From: Haliotis rufescens
Taxonomy: Eukaryota
Reading direction: 5' to 3'
Length of the DNA: 64,000 nucleotides
NCBI RefSeq assembly: GCF_023055435.1
Contig: NW_025963857.1
Location: 30,070,001-30,134,000, forward strand
Position numbers and translations under genes: made by a program
Notes under the pieces: model-generated
Told to the model about the DNA's origin: nothing
Seen by the model: the letters and a program-made list of their open reading frames with translations, nothing else
Databases searched by the model: none
In this document: positions 24,790 to 35,684 of the stretch, in pieces
How the letters are laid out: each line of letters opens with the position of its first letter
Position numbering within the stretch: the first letter of the stretch is position 1

Positions 24790-24968
24790 GCCAGATTCGC
24801 CTTGACTGTGTTTCTAGGTTTGTCAGCACAATACCCGTTCTCTTGGCTTCCATCAAAGTGGTAAAGATTGGTCTGAGACCTGCATCACTTCGTGCGTTGC
24901 ATCCACATCAAGCTGACACGACATAACTGTAACAATGTACAACGTGACGTTAAATGAAACTCACTCAT
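24790..24968 (+). mobile_element. SINE family C, 3' part
   Basis: ctaggtttgtcagcacaatacccgttctc..gtctgagacctgca..gctgacacg..gacgttaaa. Confidence 0.75.
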
Positions 24969-25974
24969 TAAATAATGAAATGCCCTCTACACTTTTCTTT
25001 TGGATTATGTTTTATTACGAAAACAAATCTTCTACATGTATGTTAACAGGGTTCGAATTAGCGTTCAATCGTCCACACATTATGGAGGAGGTAGTATAGC
25101 CATGTAGGATACTCGCCTCGTCTGGGTTCGATTCCCAAATGGGTATCATTCATTCGCGTTTTCTCTAACCGTGGTATGGCCCTAAAGCCAAATGCGACGT
25201 AATAACTAGCTCGCTTATTCACACAGCATCACTCCTGGTTGTAATTGTATCCAAAGTATTCATTCATCAAGGTTAACAATATTAAAATCATTCCGAACTT
25301 CATTTAGATTAAGTAAACAGAACGAGACACTGTACTTTACTCAGAAAATGTTATCCTAATTAACATTTGTTTCATTTAGATTATTTTTTAAATGTGTTTT
25401 GTCCGACTTCAACATGTAGGTACGACAACAAGCGTTTTCTACAACCCTCACATATTGATATCATCGACCAATAAGCCACACTGTTGTCTCTGTGCTGGAG
25501 ACTCAGGACGCACACTACTATACCGTTGCCAAGTCCGTATGTCCACCAGGAGCGTTGGACAAAGCCCGGATTAAGAAGTGGGGATTTTATAGACTCTTCT
25601 ATAGGCTTGGGACATCGCACCCTCAGAGCTGCCGCAACGCGGGATGTGGGGATGATCATGCAGGGATGCGAGGCAGCGTGAGCGGCTGCTCGTGTTGCAT
25701 CATGGAGTTGACATTGTCTACCAAACGACAATGAAGTGTGGTTAAGTTTATAATTACCTACCGAAAAGTGATTATATGTTCATTATATACTCGTTATAAA
25801 ACTTGATTACTAATATCACTATTTATGCGTGCCTGCGAAATCCGGACTCGCAAATTAGATATATATTAGCTAAAATGTATGTAAATTATCTTTTTTGTTA
25901 AATCTTTACAGAAAGTGTTCCAAGCAGACGAACATGAACTTGTCGCCTTCTACGTTAGTTTGTTAAAGTCATCA

Positions 25975-26082
25975 GTGAGTGATTGAGTATGGTTTTACGC
26001 CGCATTAGCCCTATTCCAGCAAATTCGCGGCGGCTGACACAAGAAATGGGCTTCACAAATTGTACTCATGTGAGGAATCGAA
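25975..26082 (-). mobile_element. SINE family A, 5'-truncated
   Basis: gagtatggttttacgccgc..aaatgggcttcaca..ggaatcga. Confidence 0.85.
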
Positions 26083-27289
26083 TAAAGCCAATGCAGATAC
26101 ACACACAGTTTTAATGGAATAAAGTTTTGTTCTCTTCAGATAAATAAAATTCTCGCAAGAAACAAAATGATAGAGTGTGTGAGTTGGTTTTATAACACTT
26201 TCAGAAACATTCCATTCGTATCATGGAGAAGAAAGGCTAACTAATACTCGATAGAGTAGATAGATTTATTAAATGGATGGTAGATGGATGGACCCATATT
26301 TCGAAATATAACTGGATACTTATCTTGAAATATGTAAAATGATATAGTATTATGGTAATATGGTACAATAAGTATTCATATCTCGACAATCTTTAAATAC
26401 ATGGTCACGTTGGTTCCAATCTGATTCTATTACAACGTTTATATTAATCCAAGGCATCACATCACTTAATGTTGACACCACAACGTTAATTATAAAGTTC
26501 ATTTTATCACTCAATTTCCGACCACTCATGCGGAGAACCGAGGTCCGGTTGGAAATGGGTTTCGGCTTGAACGAATGCCCGAACAAATTCAACGGGTCCA
26601 GGTAACGTTCACAATCTTCTATACTTGTGGACGGCGTTCGAGTAATAGTCAGGCGATTATGGACACGCGTTATGGATATGATATAGAACATTAATTTGAC
26701 TAAATCTTGGACCCAACACATCAGCGCAACATGAAATGCGCGTGCCTCAGGACTCGCCTGGGGTTTTACACTTTAACGTTCTTTGAACGGAATGAAAGGA
26801 CAATTATTTATTTTAAATCGGCCGTGTCTTATGAATCTAATACGCGCGATGTGGCGATTTGTATAGCTGTAGCAATATCGAGAGGGAAATGGTGACAATA
26901 ATTGAAGAATTATGTAATTACTTTGGAAATAATTCTAAACCGATCGTGAGATAAAGTGTTTTGTATGTTTCATTGTATGTACAAAAGTGTCATAGCGTGT
27001 GTTGATGCATATTAGACACTCCTGGTTGGCTGTTTATCAAGGCAAGCCCGTTATTGTTCTCGAGCTGCAGACAAGTAGCACAGGTCAAGTCACAGGTCAA
27101 GCCACAGGTCAAGTCAAAGCAGCATACACTCCACAAAAAGGGTAAATGACTATTATAACACTGAAGAGCCAAAGAGGTGTTTTAGAGTTTCAAGACCATC
27201 TCACAGGCACCAGCAAGGAAATCCTATCAGCCGGATTGCCAAAACTTTGACACTGTCTAGTTTAATTCACATTTCTACGTAAGTGATAC

Positions 27290-28146
27290 TACGGAAGACC
27301 ATTAGGGACATATAATTATTTTTATTATTCGGCAAAAAGTCAAGATTCTATCATGAAATTTTCAAAACTCTGTTGAAAATTCACGATATTAATCATTTCA
27401 AACTTCAAGTGCACTGACAATATTAAAGCATGAATTTGTATTATCCTGAAAGTTCAACACGGTATCTTGAAATCTGTCAATAAGGAAGGTGTCGTATTTG
27501 TGATGATTTTTATATATATTCCTGGAAACAAACAAATCCTAACATGTATTTCCATGTAAAATAGTGAGGTTACTTTAAAAAATTATCCTTTTCTTAGTTT
27601 TAGGACAAAACACATTTATTCTTGTTTACTCGATGACACACTCATATTGGAATACAGACACACAAAGTGGTTCTCTAATTCTATTCCTCCAGGGCATTAG
27701 TTATCTGGCTACCCATCCATTTACTTCCTCTGCTACTTTGTATCATCTGACATGACGCAGTACATGTGGCCATCTGGAGGAATATACAGTGTTCTTTTAC
27801 CAACTGCCCAGGGGGTACCACAGAAACCCATATGGATCATAACAGATTTTGGAAATTCAAGACACTAATTTGAAATTTGAAGATGCCATGCTGAATATTC
27901 AAGAAATGTATTTAAAATTTCGAGATGCTAAAAGTATGTTGGACATTAACGATACCGTGTTGAAATACAGATACTATAATTAATGCCTCAACATTGTTAT
28001 TGTTATTATTTTCAAAGTAGGGCTTTAAATTTTCAACATAGTTCAACGTAGTATCATGCATTTTGAGATAATATCTTCAAATTTCCACTTGTTTTCTTGA
28101 TGTTTCATAATTGTTTTAAAAGATATGACCCTAATGGGTTTCCGTA
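27290..28146. mobile_element. Non-autonomous DNA transposon with TACGG..CCGTA termini (IS3EU-like)
   Basis: ~23-bp TIRs tacggaagaccattagggacata / tatgaccctaatgggtttccgta; no matching TSD seen. Confidence 0.7.
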
Positions 28147-28839
28147 GGTAGCAATGGTGTATGGGACATTTATACAAACATATTATCAATGTTATATGTA
28201 GATATTTCCCAAATCTACATGGCAGTTAGAGACACATGGATATGAATATGGCCAATGGGTGGTGCTTTATATATTTTCAAGTGTATATATTACATTGCCA
28301 GCAAGGTCGTCAAGGCCAGGTGTCCGGTTTAACAAGGTCCGGGGGTTTCTTTGTAGCAGCATATGCATCCAGGCGGATTATTGTTAAGAAATGTGATATA
28401 ATTGGAGACCAATCAGTACTTTGTCAATCCGTTCCTGGCCTCCTCAAAGCGATTACACAATCAGAGAACATATTGGATGTTATGTTAGAACCTTGTCACA
28501 ATCTGTTCCCCGTTAGTGGAAGTGGTCAGCTGGTATTAGTGACCAATGACAGTGACCAATGGCGCGTCATGTCGGCATCGTCTGATGGTCAATTACATTC
28601 CACCCGCTATTCAGACCAGAACAAAAATATAACTCTCCAAGTGCCTTGTTGTGGAGAGCAATTCATTAACGGCAGTGGAGAGTGGCGTGATTGATATATT
28701 TAGGGTGCGACGTGGCCTTTTGTATCACGCACAACAGACCTCAGTTGTACAGTCTCTGTCCACTTGGTAATGTTTGCTGGCGTTCAATAGAGGTGTTTAC
28801 TGTTAAATGGATAGCAAAACACGATAGTTCTAATCAATA

Positions 28840-28987
28840 ATCTAGTGGTTAAAGCGTCAGCTAATCATACCAACCCGGGTTTGATTGAACACCTTGGTAC
28901 ATTGTATGAAATCCTTGTTAGTGTAGGCTCGCCGCAATAGTGTTGAAATATTGTTAAAAGAGGAGAAAAATCCCACTCACTCACTCA
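28840..28987 (+). mobile_element. SINE family A, decayed
   Basis: ctagtggttaaagcgt..cccgggtttgatt..cactcactcactc. Confidence 0.75.
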
Positions 28988-29342
28988 GTATAATGCACAA
29001 ACACCGCCGGCTTGCTAGAAACCGTCATAACAAACCAAACAAGGCGATATTGATTATACTTGAATGAAATCCTTTCTCCTCATCATATCATAATAATCAT
29101 TAAGAAATATTTTGTGGATCAATAAAAATATTTCATGAGAATAGTTAATTATAACGAATTGTTCATATTGTTTTATTTTTGTAATTCAAGAAATAATTAA
29201 GTGCAGTAGGTCTGATTTTCTGCGTTTTTGTATTTATGGGAACCGACTTTCCAAAAAAGTAATTACATGTACATTTTCTGTAGTGTTTACCTTACTTATC
29301 TTAAAGCTGATTTGTTTATCCTTTCATCTGCATTGCTGGATC

Positions 29343-29445
29343 ACCCGTGAAGATCTGGGTTAGAGCTGGTCCCGATCCCGTTAGTCGCCTCTTACGACAA
29401 GCATGGGCTGCTGAAGACCTATTCTAGTCCGGATCTTCACGGGTG
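29343..29445. mobile_element. Two family B heads fused in inverted orientation
   Basis: acccgtgaagatctgggttaga (+) joined to a minus-strand head ending ggatcttcacgggt. Confidence 0.85.
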
Positions 29446-29506
29446 GATCTTGGTTTGTTGCCTGTCATCGTACCCCGACTGGGTGGATGGTTAATCATAA
29501 TGTCAA

Positions 29507-29740
29507 ACCCGTGAAGATCCGGGTTAGAATTGGTCTTCAGCAACCCATGCTTGTCGTAAGAGGCGACTAACGGGATCGGGTGGTCAGGCCCGCTGACTTG
29601 GTTGATGCATGTCATCGTATTCCAACTGCGAAGATCAATGCTCATGATGTTAATCACTGGATTTTCTGGTCCAGACTGTTATATTTACAGACCGTCGTCA
29701 TGAAGCTGGAATATTGTGTGCGGCGTTACACAACAAACAT
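29507..29740 (+). mobile_element. SINE-like family B, full length
   Basis: acccgtgaagatccgggttagaattggtcttcagcaacccatgcttgtcgtaagaggcgactaacggg..gcggcgttacacaacaaac. Confidence 0.92.
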
Positions 29741-29850
29741 CATGGCTTGATTCTCCGAAACGTTGTGCAACAGAAACGGATCAACGACAAAAAGGGATTT
29801 ATTTCTGAAGCCAGTCGAACGGGATATGAAGATCCCTCTGTAATAATAAT

Positions 29851-29980
29851 AAATAAAAGCGACAAAACCCTTTCCATATTCATAAGACATTTCTGCTAAA
29901 AGCAGAGCCCATTGTACGATTCCGACTATATCATGAGCACGTGTTTATGATTCACTATCAAATAGAGATGTCACCAGGTA
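29851..29980 (+). repeat. Dispersed repeat E1
   Basis: aaataaaagcgacaaaaccctttccatattcataag..cactatcaaatagagatgtcaccaggt. Confidence 0.85.
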
Positions 29981-30302
29981 GTAGGTGCACCTTGAAACAT
30001 CAATACAAACTAAATCCAGGTTCCCATATGTGATTAATCAAAATGAAAGCAAAGCACTACCAGTAAGAAACGACGGAAGGAAGTGAGTGGTATCTTTTTT
30101 GACGGTTTCAATTAGACTCATCACCTGCTTTGAGAGGCATTTAGTATGAGTAAGTAAGGATAAAATATAACGATGTACAACTTCTTTATTACATTTGGGA
30201 GCGTAATAACTGACAGCAATAGTTTGTTTAGTTTATTGACTTAGTTTGCGAATTTCACTGTGCACTCAGACACAAACATGTTAGTAGACTTTACTAATCA
30301 GT

Positions 30303-30545
30303 TCGTGAAGTTCCAGGAAGAAACCCATGCTTATCGTAAAAGGCGACTATGCTTGTCGTAAGAGGCGACTAACGGGCCCTGGTGGACAGGCACGCTGACT
30401 TGGTTGATGCATGTCATCGTATCCCTACTGCGTAGATTGCCTATGATGTCTTTCACTGGATTGTCTGGTCCAGACTCGATTTTTTACAGACCACCGCAAC
30501 ATAGCTGGAATATTGCTGAGTGCGGCGTTAAACAACAAACAATCA
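30303..30545 (+). mobile_element. SINE-like family B with internal 22-bp duplication
   Basis: atgcttatcgtaaaaggcgact-atgcttgtcgtaagaggcgactaa; standard tail. Confidence 0.9.
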
Positions 30546-31204
30546 ATACTATCGTCGCCACCTACAAAGGGTTAAGCAGTAACTAGATATTCCCTCATTG
30601 TGGGCTTCCTGTATGAGACACAATTCACACATTGATGAAATAATTTTAAACCTCGGTGGGATTCGAACCTGCAAACCCTTGACTTGTAGTTCGTCACGCT
30701 ACAACCTGTGCTACTGAGACTGTTGTCGTCACGAGTGATAGTTTTGTGTATTTGAAACAAATATATGTTCATATGGAACTGAGTTCGTTGTCAACATTGC
30801 ATGTGTTATGCAAGTGTCCGTGAATTACATTTCAATATATATTATCCATCTCATCCATATTTGACTTATTGCCTGATGATGTGCACTTTATTAAGCGTGT
30901 CTAAATTCTGTTTATATTCTAAACATGTTTAAAGGTGCTTGAATTCTAAACTTGTATGGATTATGGGGATGTTGTGTTTAGGTTGTGTTTTGGCTGAGAG
31001 GCGATAGCACATTTCAAGTGTTTAGACCCTAAACATGTTTAGATAAAACACACCAAATGTGCATACCGTTAGGATTGAAACACATTCCATAACATGTCTT
31101 GTGTGTGTTTACATTCTCAACATTTCTCATCTCATTTTACAGTGTGGTTTAAGTAGTGAATTATGCTAATTTGATAAGTGATATTTACTTCAGCATCTTA
31201 GTGC

Positions 31205-31383
31205 AATCTACCAGGCAGGGTACTAACTTCGCTGTTTACTCACCTTCTGGACGCGGTTACCAATCATGTTCGTAGAATTCACTCTCAGTGTATTAATCTA
31301 CCAGGCAGGGTAGTAACTTCGCTGTTTACTCACCTTCTGGACGCGGTTACCAATTATGTTCGTAGAATTCACTCTCAGTGTAT
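31205..31383. repeat. 90-bp direct tandem duplication
   Basis: aatctaccaggcagggta..cactctcagtgtat at 31205 and 31295, very few mismatches. Confidence 0.95.
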
Positions 31384-31716
31384 GAATACATTTAGATTTT
31401 AATTTGTACATACACTGTTTACAAACTGTAGGCAACTTTATCATACCTCGTCCCAGTGACGCGGGAACGGAATTCACAAACGTTCGTAACATATGGTGGC
31501 AAGTAGCCCTGAAGAAAGACATGCTGCCTGTGACTATTGCCATGACTGTATTTCTCTGCTGAAGAGGCTCCCGGGCTACAGTACATTTATACCATAGTTG
31601 TTGAGTCTACATAAGAGAGGTCTTCCTGACAGTATACATCATGGCTAGATATATAAACATTGACAATTGTTTCAAACTTAAAGACAATGAGATAGACAAA
31701 GTAATACTCTGATACA

Positions 31717-31880
31717 CAGTCAAACACCGTTGTGTCGAAGTTGACGGGACCTACGTAAATAATTCGAGTTATCCGAGGTTCGGCACAACCAAAAATAATG
31801 AATAAAAAGGGAATTTAAATTTCGAGTTGTAACTTCGAGATAACCTTAAGTTCGACACTTCAAAGTTCGACACAACTGGG
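31717..31880 (+). mobile_element. Tigger/pogo-type MITE remnant
   Basis: cagtcaaac..gtcgaagttgacgggacc with repeated ttcgag/ttcgac motifs; right TIR not clear. Confidence 0.55.
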
Positions 31881-32089
31881 AATATCCATGCACAGTGGAT
31901 GCTCAAAGCGCATAATATTAAGAAGTTGTTTGGAGACAGTAAGTCTAAAGAGATTTGAGTTGTGAGCGGAAAGTAGACAGTTCACTGCAGTCATGGAAAG
32001 TATGCAAAGGAACGTCTGCCATAGTGTGATGTGCGGACTTTGCCTTTGCGTGCGTTTGTTACTGGTGCCACTGGTAGGGAAAGATTTCT

Positions 32090-32545
32090 AAAGCCTAGTA
32101 TCATCACTTTTTGATAGTGTTTCATAAACACATGTATATTATATTCTCGGAATCGTACAATCGACACTGATTTTAGTACTACTAGAGACATCTTATGTTT
32201 ATGGAAAGGGCTTAGTCGCTATTATATACATTTAATGGAGATATGTAGTGTTCAGTGCATATATGCGTTTTCCATGTTCTATACAGATATTTTCATAACA
32301 TTGCCACCTAATCAGATGCATGTGTATGGGTCAGCCACCGCCATGTCAGCATTCTCAGAATCTATAGGCGAAGCAGTGATATAAACTTCAGTGAATAAAA
32401 GTGACAAAACCCTTTCCACGATCATAAAAAATCTCCTCTTAAAGCAGAGTCCATTGTACGATTCCGTGTATATCATAAGCATGTGTGTATGGATCACTAT
32501 CAAATAGTGATGACACCAGGTGTCTGCGAAAAGGTGAGCGTATTC
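32090..32545. repeat. Two E1 copies in inverted orientation around a ~170-bp spacer (MITE-like)
   Basis: Minus copy ~32090-32225, plus copy 32394-32545. Confidence 0.7.
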
Positions 32546-33399
32546 TGCGACAGGTGCCCCCACCCCCCCCTTCTCTCATAAACACATGCAAAGACCAGTC
32601 AATTCTTCCTTTGAGATCAAATGGTACGTCAAAAGAGGGAATTTCACTCTACAGTAATAGATTAATAATCAATAAAAAGATAAATTAGGTATCCGGTTTC
32701 TTCAGAAATGCATCGGGGAAGAATAACTGTTTAAAATACCGAATGTCTTTTGTTTAGATTATAGAATAATCCCTTTGTGTCACTACTGTGGTCGCGGCGT
32801 GACGGAATATTCACTCTCTCGCTATTGTGATTTGACTGTTGTAGTTACCGCATTCCGTGCAGGCGCCTGGAGGTACTTAAATATTATTGAATACCATGAA
32901 ACCATCATTCAAACAGTTCTATTTCCTGGTCTGGTTTATTAAATTAATGTTACACTCCACATTTTCATTTTAATATATCAATTTAATCGGCTGGTCTTAA
33001 TAAGACACGTACAATTTCATGGACTTTGATCAACGATCTTTTTGTCATTTCAGGTGCTGTGTTTTCAATGGTGTGAAGAATGCCAGCTACCTACGTCTAT
33101 ACGGGCCCGAGCTTGGCAAGCACCGCCAGTGCCACTAACAGTTAAATCCCCATGACCATTGTCAAACAGCCATCAATGCCGCCATCGCGGTAAGGCAACA
33201 AGAATCGCTTATGCGGGCCGTCACGATGCCTCATCGCACGAATAAGCAATCTCCATTCTCATATTATGTAAAGTTCTTCCTTTGATGTTAGCTGTGATGT
33301 GTACGAGATCTTCGCTTGATCCAACCTTAGTGATACTGCCTCGGATCAGGTTTCTAACAAAGATGTTATCACGTGTGGCCAAGTGTGATTATTCTCAAA

Positions 33400-34200
33400 T
33401 AAATATCGTTGCTGCAATGGTTCACTTTTATAGATCCCCGCCACGCGACAGCGCTGCATAATTATTTACCGTCCCCGTGCCGACGTGAGTCGCCTCCGAG
33501 CCGCACCGCTCGTCTATTTACCGTCAAGACGCGCAAATGAAATGTACAGCGGCCGTTTGTTCCCAGGGATGCTTTATTTCATTCAAACACTCGAGAATCT
33601 TTACATCATTAAAATCGCAACGACAGTCAACCACTTAATTTCTCAGGTGCAGGGAGACAGTCACGACCCATAGGATGCGTGCGCATGCCGCGCACGCGTC
33701 GCGCACACGACCTGATCTACTCAGCGCATGGCGGACACAACAGCAACGGGCGTTGAAAGAGGCGGGATTTCAGAGATCAATTTGAGCACATTTCTGTGCG
33801 TTATTCAGTCCTGGCTAGCTATCACGTAGGATCCTCTCCCGACGTGAGCGGGACCCTAGGAGACAAGAATGAAGTGATTAAGCACTCTGAATGTCAACAA
33901 ACGGTCTAAGATCGCTGGGAGCGAGATGGGGACAGCGAGACCACGTGGCACAGCCAAGGTCGGCGCTTCTACAGGGCATAGCTATGCTTCTCTTGGCCAA
34001 CATAAAGACGTTCGCACACATCACCTACGGCAATGGCGACGACGTCGTATTCACTCTAGTCCTAAGTCACGTGATTTAAATTGAGACTCCTGTTTTCATT
34101 GGGATTTACAGCCTTCTTCTAATAGTTGCGCTGCCCAAGGCGGACGTAGCTCCGAACGCACTGACATTTCTTCAACGTTTTATTTCAAGTATGCGACGGT
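33400..34200. promoter_or_regulatory. CpG-rich non-repetitive island
   Basis: High CpG density, gcgcatgc/gcgcacgcg motifs, cacgtg at ~33942 and ~34068. Confidence 0.35.
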
Positions 34201-34807
34201 AACGCTGAAAAGTCTAAATTACCACAATTCAACATGAAAGGAATTTATACGTTTTAACGAAGTTGGCAAACACAATAAATAGATGGAACTGAACACAAGC
34301 TTTTGGTATTTAAGTGTCTCATCGCCCACTGATGGAAACATAAAAGCGACAATAGGTCTTGAGGAGGCAGCTGCTGAGGAGAATGTTTTATGGCTACTGT
34401 TTCCCATAATTCCCACCATTTGTGGTGGCGAAGACCTCACTTTTGAGGGTGTTGCGGTTTCGCGTTCCGGCCAGCCATTTGATTTAGTAGGTTGCAATTC
34501 ATTATATTGGAAACGAGGGTTGGGTAGAGTGTCGCTCAGGGTGTACATCACTGAGTCACAGGGCAATGCTGTTTCCACAGATGTGCGTGTGGGTGTATAG
34601 ATCACATGCCATGAGATTGATACAGTCAGGCTAACTTATCTATCACTTTCTCAGCCACTCTAGTTGTTATTATATTAGTAAATATATACGATTGGTTAAT
34701 GTGCACTGTTTTATGATTGGCGCAAATAAGACTTATGATACAGTGGTGAGGATGGGTTTACGTGACGACTTTCTGAAGTAAAGTTACCCGTGTCTGATGA
34801 ATGTAGC

Positions 34808-34880
34808 GTCAAGCCCATTTCTGGTGTCCCCCGTCCCCTGGTATTGCGGGAATAATGCCAAAACCATACTCACTCACTCA
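34808..34880 (+). mobile_element. SINE family A, 5'-truncated, in 49-bp array
   Basis: aagcccatttctggtgtccccc..aaaaccatactcactcactca; flanked by ctga(t/a)gaatgta. Confidence 0.85.
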
Positions 34881-35405
34881 CTGAAGAATGTAAGTGATAT
34901 TTTCTAACAATCGTACAAACTTACCCGTGTCTGAAGAATTGAGTAATATAATCTGATGAAAGTCAAAAGTTACCCGTATGTGAAGAATTAAGTGATATAT
35001 TCTGATGAAAGTCAAAGTTACCCGTATGTGAAGAATTAAGTGATATATTCATTCTCATGAAAGTCCAAAGTGACCTGTGTCTGAAGAGTTAAATGATATG
35101 TTGTAATGAAAGCCCAAAATTATCCGTATGTGAAGAATTAAGTGATATATTCTAATAAAAGTACAAAGTTACCCGTGTTTATACGAATTACGTGATATAT
35201 TCTGATGAAAGTCCAAAGTTGCCCGTGTCTGAAGAATTACGTGATATATTCTCATGAAAATCCAAAGTTGCCCGTGTCTGAAGAATTAAGTGATATATTC
35301 TTATGCAAGTCCAAAGTTACCTGTGTCTGAAGAATTAAGTGATACATTCTAATGCAAGTCCAAAGTAACCCGTATCTGAAGAATTAAGTGATATAATCTA
35401 ATGAA

Positions 35406-35684
35406 TGAGTGAGTGAGTTGTATTTAACGCCGCTTTTAACAGTATTCCAGTTATATCGCGGCGTGTCAGCCTAATGTGGGAGGAAAGCCCCAAGAGATGC
35501 AGGTCTTAGACGTTTACCACTTCGGTGAAACCTACGAACACGGGTATGGTGCTGACAAACCTAGAAAAATAATCGGGGCGAACCGTGATTCGAACCCACA
35601 ATCATAGGTTTTGGGCGTGCCGGAGGGACGCAACTCTGCACAGCGAATTGCGGCGCCTTAGACGACTGGGCCACCCGTGCCCCC
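35406..35684 (-). mobile_element. SINE family C, full length, in 49-bp array
   Basis: tRNA-Leu-like head ggggcacgggtggcccagtcgtctaaggcgc, B-box gggttcgaatc; 13-bp flanking repeat ata(a/t)tctaatgaa. Confidence 0.9.

Noticed and set aside
30880-31145. CACTA/EnSpm-type element (ttttacagtg end)
   Set aside because: Only one putative terminus found; no matching TIR.
34219-34605. Overlapping 128-aa and 105-aa ORFs on opposite strands
   Set aside because: No recognisable domain or clear splice signals; compatible with chance in a locally GC-richer segment.
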